NCBI RefSeq assembly: GCF_000002075.1
Contig: NW_004797434.1
Coordinates: forward strand, 513,368-577,367
DNA: 64,000 nt
From: Aplysia californica
Taxonomy: Eukaryota
Direction: 5' to 3'
Shown here: positions 39,201 through 51,200 of the stretch, one piece after another
Numbering within the stretch: position 1 is the first letter of the stretch
Layout: every line of letters begins with the position of its first letter
Program-made: the position numbers and the translations under genes
The notes under the pieces: generated by a model
Database searches by the model: none
Seen by the model: the letters and a program-made list of their open reading frames with translations, nothing else
Told to the model about the DNA's origin: nothing

Positions 39201-42200
39201 TTCATCGCTATGTGATGATGGTTGACTGGTGAATATTAGAATAAGTCTGTGAAAAACTAATTAAATAGTAGCCCTGAAAGCCAAATCTCACTGCAGTCAT
39301 TGAACTTTGCATGGTATGAGCATTTTAAAAAAGAGAACAGAAAGCAATCACAAGTGATTAAAAAATGACAAAAGTTAAATTTTGAGATAAAACAAATGTT
39401 TGTTTGTTTGAGTAAAGAAAAGCACATCGATGCTATTATAGTCATTTAATGCTGGGAAAAAGTAAGACAGACAGACAGAAACAACAGAGGGAAAGTAAAG
39501 AAGTAAGACCTACCAGTGGCGCCCTCCAACCACCAATTAGCTAAAACTTAACTTTCCTAAAGTATTCTATAATGACAGGGAAACAGAACTGTAATAACTC
39601 ACCATATTTTCATACTGCGCCCTCCCATGGAACTGTATAGTGGACATCTTCTGGCTGATCTCTCCGTTGCCACCATTCTCCATGCGTATATTCTCAATGT
39701 AGTGCAAGCGTTGTTGCTCCACGTCCCACTGACACCAAACAAACTTGCGTACAACTTGAATTGTCTCTGGCTGGCTGCTCATCATCTGGAGGTTTAGTTT
39801 TAGTAAGGTTTAGTTTACAGTTTAGTTTTAGTAGAGGTTTTACTGCGCTCACAACTGCATAAGGTCATATGAGCGCCAGAAGATTAGAGGTGTTACAAGA
39901 GAGTAACAAACATAAAAAAGAAGAAGGGGAGATAAGGACGATAGATGTTTGATAGGAAAGAAGAAGCAAACCAGACCAGAGCACCCGCCAACCACCCACT
40001 TAGTAAGGTTTAACTGCGCTCGCAACTACATAAGGTCGTTTGAGTGCCGAGGGGCGTATGTCAACAGAGAAGTCCAAATGGGGAATCAGGCTTACTCTGC
40101 TCACCTCTCTAGCCTCAACAGCACAATGTCTGGTTCAACTATCAAGGCACCCCAAAAATAGCAGTTCACAAGAGAGTGACAAACACACAAAAGGAGAAGA
40201 GGAAAATGACGATAGTAAGGATGAGGGGAAAAAAAGCAGCAGTTCCCCCTCTGTTGTTCCGGCACAGTATGAGCATGACATTGATAAATCAGCCCATTTA
40301 CAATTCTACTGTGCATAAAAACATGTTAATATCCCCTCTTTGGGAATGGCCCAAAGACACTTCAGTCATTAGCACTGATTTGGTGGGGGGAATCATCTGG
40401 AATGAGCGACCCAAATGAGGTTGGAATGAAAGTCAAAACCGTTGTTGTTATTGCGCAATCTGTTCAACTCTAAGAAATATCATTTATCTCTTCCAGGGAA
40501 CCATCTGATGTAAGCCTGCCCAATGATCAAGGCACTCAGAAAGAAATATTGGCCCAACCCTAGGCAGAGAGACCCAAACTCTTTGGGGGCCTGGAGGACC
40601 TGCAGCAAACAGCAACCTTTGCACTAGCACTAGCAAATTGGAGGAGGAGGAGGAGGAGGAGGAGGAGGAGGAGAAGAAGAAGACACCTCTTCATTCTTTG
40701 ATTTCAAATTTTTCATCACAATGGATAAGTTTGTTTAATTTAGTTTGAGTACAAAGAGACACATCAATAAAACAACGACCATACAGAGCAGAGAAAAAGT
40801 AAGACAGACAAACAGAGACAAAAGAAGGAGCTCAGATTAGTAAGACCTATCTATGGTGTCCTCCAACTACCTGCCCACAACTGACCTCCTCTAACAAGAC
40901 AGAAGTATTTTGAGCAAAAGGAAGGTAATAATTTAATAAGAAATTCAACTGAAATTTCTGCAGTGACAGTTAACAAAGTCATTATGAACACAAATACTGA
41001 ACAAATTAAAATGCGCATTTGTGTTTACTGTAAAAAAAAAAAGCGCCTTGTTCAAAACGTTGACTGCATGCATAACAGATGAAATGTAAAATATTTTTAA
41101 TCTTTAAAAATGAGAGTGGAAAGAGAGAGAGCAAAAGATGTATCTCTTAACATACTTCATAAAAAAAGAAAAAGGAAAAAACAAAAAAAACAAATGGCAT
41201 GTTCACATACGAACGAGTCATTGAAGCACCTGTTTTTGGAGGTGTCCTGTTCTGCATCAGCTTATTATCAAAAATATAACCAACAAGCAAGTTCCTGTCT
41301 CTTTAAAGAGTCCTTTTATTTAACACATTTTCATTGAAGATCAGACTTTCATGAAGCTCTTTCCATTCCAGATTTAAACAGATAATTATAATTATTTATA
41401 TAAAAGCGTGTACAAGAAGATGTAGATATTTTTAGAGAACCAAATAACAATACAACTACAAACATACACACTTACAATCCCTCTGTCACCTATTCGTGCC
41501 ATTGGAACTTTGTACAAGCCAATTGCTGAGAAAGAGAAGAACAGTACATTTTAAAAACACATGATATACTTATACACATCATGTCTGCACATAATACACA
41601 AAGTAAAATTATTAAAATTTCCAGTTCAATAAGATTTCAGAATTACACATTGGCTTGAACCATTTTAAAATATTCTGAGCAAACAATTCATATTGTACGC
41701 ATACAAAGTCTTGTACAACATAAACAATTTTTCTCTACTCTGCCTTATAATCACCAATGAAACCAAGATAAAGACAGGCGTTCCCCCTCCCCCACTATTT
41801 CTTCCTTTCTTTCTTTCTCCATCTCTCAGATACATTATAATGATAGAATAAGATAGCATTTTTAAAAGCGCAAATCCCTGCTCAACAGCAAGCTCTACGC
41901 ACTTCTCAATCTATACTATTACCCAAGCAGGCTTGAGAGCATTCTGAAACAACCTCAACTTCCTGGGAAGCATACAGTGCAAGCAGCCATTTATAGGCGC
42001 TAAAACACTAACATACCGACAAGATACATCTTCTCTCCTTTTTCCTGTTCCCTTTCTTTCTCTCTACAAGACTTCATATCCACTGCTCAGAGTAAGTCTC
42101 AGTCATGTCACTTTTCAAATGATGTATGGCAGAGTCTTTCATTAACCCTTTAAGCCCTTACCTCCTGTACCCAGGTGGCCCGTAAAACTGCCCGTATGCG

Positions 42201-45200
42201 TAGTCACCAGTACAGCGGTGATCGAGACCCTATCCCCAAACCAGCTCGTCTAGGACAAATCGCGAACGAGAAACCATTTTTATTTCACAAGACGTTACTG
42301 ATTATTTTGAAGATCTTTCTGAAATGCTAGTAATGACGAGGACTACCATGAGTGGGAAATGGAATGTGATTCTGACAATCACATAACGTTAGTAATATGT
42401 CGCTCAAGAGCTCAAGCAGAGAGGTACGGTAGCATCAGGAGGTCAGGGCTCAAAGGATATGTGCTTATCATGATATTAGGAGTACACTCTCACTCTCTAT
42501 CCACTGCTGGGGGGGACACCTAAGTAGGGGGACAGAGTGAAGAGTCCAGCTGTCTAAAGAAAAATCTCATTACTGCACTCTGAAAGAGTCCGTGAAAAAG
42601 TACCAGAACTCCACATTTTCATCTTTCAAAAAAACAGTCATGGCATCATGGAAATATAGAAAACCCATAACTCATTGGACCTCAGATTTCTAGTAAGATG
42701 AAAGGCAGACCGAACTGAAAAGGGTAAAAACTTACTTAATTTTTAAAAATGTGAGAAACTCAGCTTCACAAATGCATCAGTAATTTAGAAAAAGACCACC
42801 TTGATCTTGGATCTTGAATGTCAATTGGAAATGCGTGCCGAACTACACCAATCCACTCATTCTTGAAATAAATGAGGATTAAAAAAAACACGGAAAAGAC
42901 CCAAAAAAGGAGCAAATCACATCTGAAATGCCACCAACAACCCTCTGGTCTTTACAAACCAGAGAATTATGAGACACAATTTGTGTCTCATTATTCCCTG
43001 GATGAGGGGATGGTTGGTGGCATTAACATGGAAATCAACACTCACATTCTTTGTGCAAAAAGACCAGCATGTTGGATTCCCTACTGTGTTCTTGGCCCTG
43101 CTGATCTGCATACAAAAACTGCACTTTGATAAAGGAGGATCTGTCAATGTTGAGGGAGTACACAATTTTCTCCACTGACTGAAGCTCAGCGAGATAGGCC
43201 TGGTACACATCTGAGGAAAAGGACACATTTAAACCACAATAATGTTGGTGAAAAATATGTGTTTTGTATTCGATAAGATTTCTCTCTGTGTTATGAAGAA
43301 GAACCCTCAGTGCTATTAAAAATTAAGCATACTTTCAACTTTTGTTTTAAATGGATATGATCATATGGGGGGCTCAATAGCTCAACATGTATAGTGTTTG
43401 CCCATTAACCGTGAGGTCTGTAGTTCAAACCCTGCCAGCATCCGGGGGGGGGGGGGGGGGGGTGTCTCATGTTTTCTACCCCTCCTAATTTTATGGCAGG
43501 TAGGATCGAGCGTCTAGTTTTCTTGGATAAGAGCAAACAAATTTTGGACGTCACATGTTGAGATTCAGCACAGTCAAGACTCATTGGAAGTTTTAAAAAT
43601 AGGAAAGAAAAGGTCCTCGGGACCACTGTCCGTACAAAATTCAAAATTAATCGCAATCCAAAATTGAAGCCACTCTAGTCAGTATAACCACTGAGAGTAT
43701 GTTCAAAAACAACATGTGGCCGCCTGTCAGGCAAGGGATGATTCTATGCTGTATGTATATTAAACAGGGCAAAATCAACTGCACTGTGGGATGAAGATCT
43801 TACAGTCAGTTACTCCCTGAGCTCTAGCAGGGGCACGAGAAGAAGGCGATCAAATTGTCTTGGATTAGGGGGGTGGGGGGGGGGGTTGTTATGATGTCAA
43901 ATGAATTAAATTAATAAAATTAAGAGTGAACATAAACCAATGGTCAATACAAATAAGCTAGGTAAACTAATGATCTCGGAGGAACCTCCTCCATCTGCCC
44001 CCTCAAAAATAAGAATAAATTACCAAAACAATGATTTTGTGCAGTACTTTACCTCCATGGGACAATGACACTTGGCACCAACTCTTCTGATTTGAGCAAC
44101 TGAACTTTGTTAGAGCAAACGAAGTAACATGCACAACTGATTTTTCTTCCTGAAAACATGGCCATCCACATTTCCCCTTTCAAACCAGTCTGAACTTTAT
44201 CTAGACTAGTGGGCTTTATCTGATGTGCATCCTAAATTTAATTTTAATTTACTATTTCTTATATTATAAATACTTGCATTTATTACAAGAACTTTTCTAA
44301 AGTGAGAAGAAAGTATAAACTCCTGTATTACTTATAAAAGTTTGACGGCATTCGTTTGTCTTTGCCAAGTGCAATATCCTACTAGGCTAAAAATATGTTA
44401 TTTTGAGGGCAAAGATGTTAGTCCCTGGCAGGTGAGAGAGAAGTTCCACCGTTCTGCATGCTGGACAAACTGGTTAATCAACTGCATCATAACAGTTAAC
44501 AAAACAATGACCCATGGTTAAGATTGAGAGACATAACCGACAATATGAAAAGAATGCAATTTATACCAAATCAAATGTTGAATAAAGAAAGAACAAAGTG
44601 TCTTGTGCACTCTGAAAAAATGTTTCCGCTCTGTAAAAAAAGAGCAATTGTGACACAGTTGATACAGTCCAACACGATGCGTTTTATTTTCAATGCTTAA
44701 TCTGTACAATGCACAATCTGGGTCACAAAAAGAATCAGATGCCTTTACTACCTAATCAAGAGGTTATATCTTTCTTGCTCTTAGCGCAAGACTGTTACAT
44801 TTTAATATATCAAAAGTGAAAAATTCACTTGGAAGATAGAATATAAGTCAAGTATTGCAATTTTACACAAAATTGAACCTAATTATATTCAAAGATGTCA
44901 TTCTCGGCAACATTTTAATATTTTTTTAAAAAATGAGAACAGGGGGAAAAAAGATGTTAAGAAATACTGGGAAAACCAAAAAATGGAAAAAGCAATAAAT
45001 CCAGAATGATATTCAAATAAAATTGCAGGTGTAGGTGTTTTTATGCTCCCATTGACACAGATAAAAATGGTTAGAAAAACAAAAAGAGACATTTTTAAAA
45101 ATCGAATTTTGTTTCTCAAGAGGCAATAATTCCACCAAGAAAAATTCTTTTCACTTCACTTTCAATCTTATAGGAATGGCCCTCTGGCAGTGACAAACCA

Positions 45201-48200
45201 TAATCTTTCTAAGTCAAATGCCCATAGAGACAATATTTAAATCACTACCAAATTAGGGGGTATTCAAAATACGAGGAAGGATTGGCCAGAGGGTCAAATC
45301 AAACCCTTGTCATTTTCCTCTTCCATATTATGAGGTGTGCTCCACACCATCATAAACCAGCTTCACTGACATCAGAAGAATTTCATGGACAAAAAAAAAT
45401 TAGTTTTACCTCCAAAAAGTCTTGGGGAAATTCCTTTATCAAAGAAACTAAAAGCAAAACATTTTGAAACTGCAAATTAAGAACCAGCGAGCAACCCTTC
45501 ATTTTGGCATTAGCCCTTCATGAAGTGAAAGTGCAAGAAACTGAATCTGTGTGAAACAGAAAGGAATAAAAGAGGGTGCAGAAAAGGCAGGGTCAGGTTA
45601 AATCTGTTACTAATGTGGAAACTTGCACTGACAAACCAAGATTAAAAACATGATATATATTGTATGTCCATCAATTTTGGTGCTACCTCAGTTTTTGTCT
45701 CAAAGTGTTATGAACTTACGAAAAAATTACCTTTGAAATGAAACGTTTGGTGTCTATGGTGATCCTTGGAAGCTAAAACATATTCAAATTGAAAGACTAA
45801 CTATCAAATTTTGTTTACATTAAAGGGAAAAACATCATAAAGACAAACTGCCAGTGGAAAAAAATACAGTATACTGGACCATCGACGTACAAATCCTACA
45901 TAACTAGGGTCAATGAAAAATCATACTTTAGAACATGATAATTGATATTCTGAATTAGATAAAATAGGAATAGAGGAACAAAAAACGGAATCTGCATGTA
46001 CTGTAGAAAAGATCAAAATGGCAGGGATATCATACAAAGTGAAAAAAATAAAAGATAAATATGATAACAACAAAGAAAATTTTTTTTTTAAATATAACAA
46101 AAATTGAAACAGAAAAATTTATGGATGACCAAAAATATGAAAGCACTTCAATTTGTTGTCATATAATATATAAAAAGATTTTTAAGCAAAAAGGAAAATA
46201 AGTGGACACTGATTTTAACAAATGACTAAGACATAACGAACAAGCTGAATATAAAACTGAAGGGGAAAAAAACAAATAATGGCACAGGAAGTTACTGTAA
46301 AAGAGTATTCTTTCGCGAGGAACTTTTTTCGCTAAAAAATGATTTTTGAAATTTGAAAGAGGATAATTTCACAGCCTGGACAAAGAAATTTTGGCGAATG
46401 GACACCAGGGTAGAAAAAGTGACTCGTTAAAAATACCCTTCCACAGTTAAGTATTGTGTTTAAAAAAACAGTGGCTTTTGTGTAGTCAAATGATCATGGT
46501 GTAGTACAGTATCAGTACTTGAGCTCATGTGACCCTCAGAATATTACTGAAAGTAGAATGAAGAAGAAAACAACACAAAGATTGCCGGCGAGTTGAGTGA
46601 TGTATCTCTGCTCACAAGTGACACTCACTAAAAATAGTCGTCAGTGAGTGAGAGATGAATCCCTCGAGTAACCTACAAGCTAGTAACTACTGGTAGCAGT
46701 CCTGGATATTACATGGTCACTTTTTGTGGTGCCATGTCTTACTGTACATTAGTCAGCTCCCTAATTCGCAATTTTCACAGGGAGAAAATTTTCATTGTTT
46801 TTGTCAGCATCGGCGAAAAGCACAAAATTTTCCTCCTCGTGAAAAAAATACTCTTTTAAAGTATTCACACATATTTGGAGAACAAGCAGTATACAAAAGA
46901 AGCATATACATTTCCTATGGACTTCATCAATGTCTTCACTGCATCCATCGTCTTCTAGTTAAAAACAACACAAAAAGAACAAATATAGCAATGTCCAAAT
47001 TACATAGTTTCTGCACTACAAATATCCTTTTTCTTTGCACTGAGCTATAAACAAGAAACTGTATTCTTTTAGTAAAAGTCAAGTGACAAAAACTAAAGAG
47101 CTATGTCCACTTTCCATGTGAAAGGTCATCACAAGGCGATATACACTCTTCACAAGTCCACAATGTAAACAGGATAAATCTGCCTGTTCTTTATTTGGCA
47201 GGCTAATACTCCTTGAATTTATCTATTGCAAACACACAATAATCAGGGTTTCCTTCTTAAACACCGTTGGGAAATTTGCATTTGTCACATTCTGCTATGG
47301 AAAAGAGAAAGTCAAGTTTGCAGATTTATTGTTGGGACAAATTAAACTAGGTTGATAAAAGTACAAACATAATTCTTCATATCAAAAACAAACAAAAGAA
47401 CAAAAGAAACATTACTCAAGCACAGATTCACATTACACTACAAAATAAACTGCTCATATGGTCGCTTTTAAGCATGAGGGGGCTATCCCAAAAAATTATG
47501 TTTCGAGAAAATCGAAGGTAAAGTTTTTGGACCCATATAAAATCTATCTTTAAAATACAAGGAGGGTTTTCTCTATAATCAAACAATAATATACACACCA
47601 ATGAAACCAAACTTCTCCTATAGTTAGGGAAATGCCCACTTTTGGTGTAGGTCAAGATTTCTGGAACCCCCCGAAATCTGGGTTAGCCCGCCAGTCCTTA
47701 AAAGCGACTATATAGCTCAATAATTAAAAAAAATCAGCAAATCAATACGGTACAAACATTTATATTTGCTAGTCACCAAAAATCTCAACAACGTGAAAGA
47801 TTACATATTGGCGTAGGGACATAAATACATGAAAAAGCGAAAGGAAAACACAAGTAAATAAATGTTAGTGGTGTACAAAGATGAGAAAAACAATGTTGAA
47901 AAATGGAACAGAATGTTTGCTGTCCATTGAATGTACCCAAGAGACAGTCTAGTGCACTCAATATCAAGAGAAGGGCTCATCTGATTACTGCATTGCGCAT
48001 CACTTATTAGAGATGAGCAGGGGCTCTCGTGATCAAGAGATTACGGTGTTTGCCTCTCATTCAATAGATCCCAGGTTCCAAACCTGACAGCAACAGAAAA
48101 TTTTCTTCTCTAAAATTTTCTCCTTTCACCTTCTTTCCTGCTTTCTAACCATGTTCTGTAGTCTGCTTTCGTCTCCACTTTCTGCCCCCATCCCCACCCC

Positions 48201-51200
48201 CCTTTTCCCCTCCTCAGGGCTCCTGACTCTTTCTGTAGCCTTTATATTGCTACTCCTTGACACCCCTGATCTTAGGGTAGGTAAGATCTAACATCTAGTT
48301 GTCTTGGATACGGGCGAAAAATCTTGGAGGTCCTGTGTGCCAGTTATGCATGTTAAAGATCCCTTGGAGGTCCGAAATAGACAAGAGTAGACTTCGGCCG
48401 TCACTTGGGCAAAATTTAAAAAATAGTTTCCACCAACCTAAAACTATTTAATATGTCCTACATGCTCATATGACCTTAAGCAGTTGCGAGCACCATAAAA
48501 CACTGACCAAAACAAACAAAAAAGAGATAATCTAATCAGAGCAAAGAAACCAAAATTCCATGACAAACTAATTGCATTTATTTTCGAACATCAAATCTAT
48601 TTTCTAGAGCACCAAAACCAAATTAACATTTGAGATACATCATCTTCACTGGCATTAGACATAACAAAACAAACAAAGAAATTTACCTTTATGTTTTTTC
48701 TCTGAAGAAGACTCTCTTGGTTTGACAATGCTGAAAGCTGTGGGGGAAAAAAATTTTTTGTTGCAATTTGAGCTTTGGCTGAAAATCAAAATTTGGTAAA
48801 AAATGAGCAATCCGTCCTCTACCTTCCTACTAAAGTGGATAGAAAAACAACATTTTAAGAACTTGATTGGCATATATGTCATGATGCAGTGGGATCAAGC
48901 ACTCTTCAATTTTTAGACATATTGAGTTATTGGTATAGTCTTAAAGCCAGTTCATCTGCCTTGTTTTTGATGAAAAATAATAACCATCTACAGTCAAACC
49001 TGTGTAAAACGGCCACCCATTGTCAAGGAGAAAAGTGGCCGCATAAGACAGGTGGCCGTCTTAGGCAGGACTGATCAAGATGAAGAAACAAACCATTCCC
49101 ATCATTCTGAGGCCCCAATCGAAAGTGGCCGCACTGTTGTTGATTTTGTTGTTGTCGTTGTTGTTGTTATTGTTGTTGTTGGTTTGTATTTGTTTGTAAG
49201 TTTTATATTTTTGCTGATTTTGGGCAAGAGTGACAATAAAATTAAATGTATCAGACGAGGAAGACTGAGTGCCATGTTAAAACAAACACATGGGTGGCCA
49301 CCACTCGGAGAACGAGCGACGCTTCTGTCGCAAGTTCATATTGTTACTTTGTTACAGACTGGGTAAACAGTGACCACTCATCTCACTTACGATTTGTGTA
49401 TGAGTTCCGGGCGGGGCTTATGGGTGTATGGGGGATCACACGCTTACCTCACCAGCAGCTGAAAATTGGTACCTATTGGTCAACAGTGGGAGGGGCCTAC
49501 GCAGCATGATTGGTTGGAGGGACTACCTAACAACAAAGACAGGTGATTGAATTATGATAAAACGTAATGGAGTCACTAAGGTGGCCGTCTAAGACAGGTG
49601 TTATTGCTTAGTGTGATAGGAGTTGTGTTTTAAAATATGGTGGCCACGGCCGCGTTGGACAGTTGCCTGTTTTACACAGTTAAATTATATAGAAAAAACG
49701 CAAGGGGGGAAATGAAAAGTGGCCGTTTGTACAGGTGGCCGTCTTGTAGAAGTGGCCGTCAGGGCAGGTTCGACTGTATCTTGAACAGAAGTCAATAAGA
49801 CATTTGCAATTAAAGGAGGAATGGATCATCCGGTGTCAGAGGTAAAATTAGCTAGGAAATAGCTGGTAAAGTTAGGTGACTGCTAAAGCTGTAGTGTCCT
49901 TAGAAACTGACAAATTCACACTTTTTGAGCCCTTCATCAACGTGTTTCAGTAAAATACATGAAGGAATGTTTTTAATGGACGTATATATATATAGGAGTT
50001 CAGTGCAAAAACAAAAAATGTAATAGAAATTGGCTAACAGACAGAAAAATACTGGCTTTTTTTCGATTTCATTATTTTGACAAGAGCCTGATGTCACCAT
50101 TATTCCACTAATAACTCATATAATTTAGAAAAAAAATGAATTTAATTGAATTTGACTACAGGAGAGACAGAACTGGAAAACTGACATGTACATAAGAACA
50201 TACATACCAAGAAGAGTTTGTTCTTTATTCATGGAGCAAGACACCACCTTGACTTTCTTATCATATGTGTATATAACCTGAAAGCATAAACAAAAACACA
50301 ACATGCATGAACCAAAACAAAATCAGAATCCTACATGATCCAGAAAAGATAATTAACCACTGAACAAAGCTCGGCTTCAAAGACAACACTACAATAACAA
50401 TTACAATATTTTCATTTAAAGTCAATGCCATCTTCAAACTGGACATGAGAACTCAATGGGGAATAAACTGATGAATGAGCAATGAAGTGCATTTGAATAC
50501 TCAATTCTGTTGTTAACGTAGAAGTTCTACGAATGCCACATACAGAGTCAATTAAGTTTTTAAGGCATGGAAAAGTATTAATTATATGGCACTTAGAAAA
50601 ATATCCAGCTCACCGTGACAGCCCTTCAGAAATCCTCTCTCATCATGAGACGTCATTCTTCCCTTCACACTTTTTATCTTTAAAATCCTTAAAGCAAGCA
50701 GACTTTGAAAGAATCATACAAATTTATGCTCACCATATGTTTCTGTGTGTCTGGTTCGTATATACCAAAGTTTGTAACATAAGACGCTGGCTGAAAAAGA
50801 GACAATATAGGTTATACAGAACAGAAATTTTCATGATTGTTTGAAAGANNNNNNNNNNNNNNNNNNNNNNNNNNNNNNNNNNNNNNNNNNNNNNNNNNNN
50901 NNNNNNNNNNNNNNNNNNNNNNNNNNNNNNNNNNNNNNNNNNNNNNNNNNNNNNNNNNNNNNNNNNNNNNNNNNNNNGCGAAGTCCACCTAAACAGTATG
51001 CTCTTCATGCTTTATGCTTTACAATCTATATTATTACCCCATCAGACCTGATAGCATTCTGAAATAATCTCCTCAACTTCATGGGAAGCAGCATACAGTG
51101 CAGGCTGCAATTTTACAGGCATCAAAACACTAAGAAACTGACAAAATCTTTCAATATCCATGGCCTGTTATCCATTAACACCTGGATAAGTGAGGAAAAT

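Noticed and set aside
44053-44149. Possible GSAP exon in intron 5
   Set aside because: 97 nt is frameshifting, and exons 5 and 6 already join in frame.
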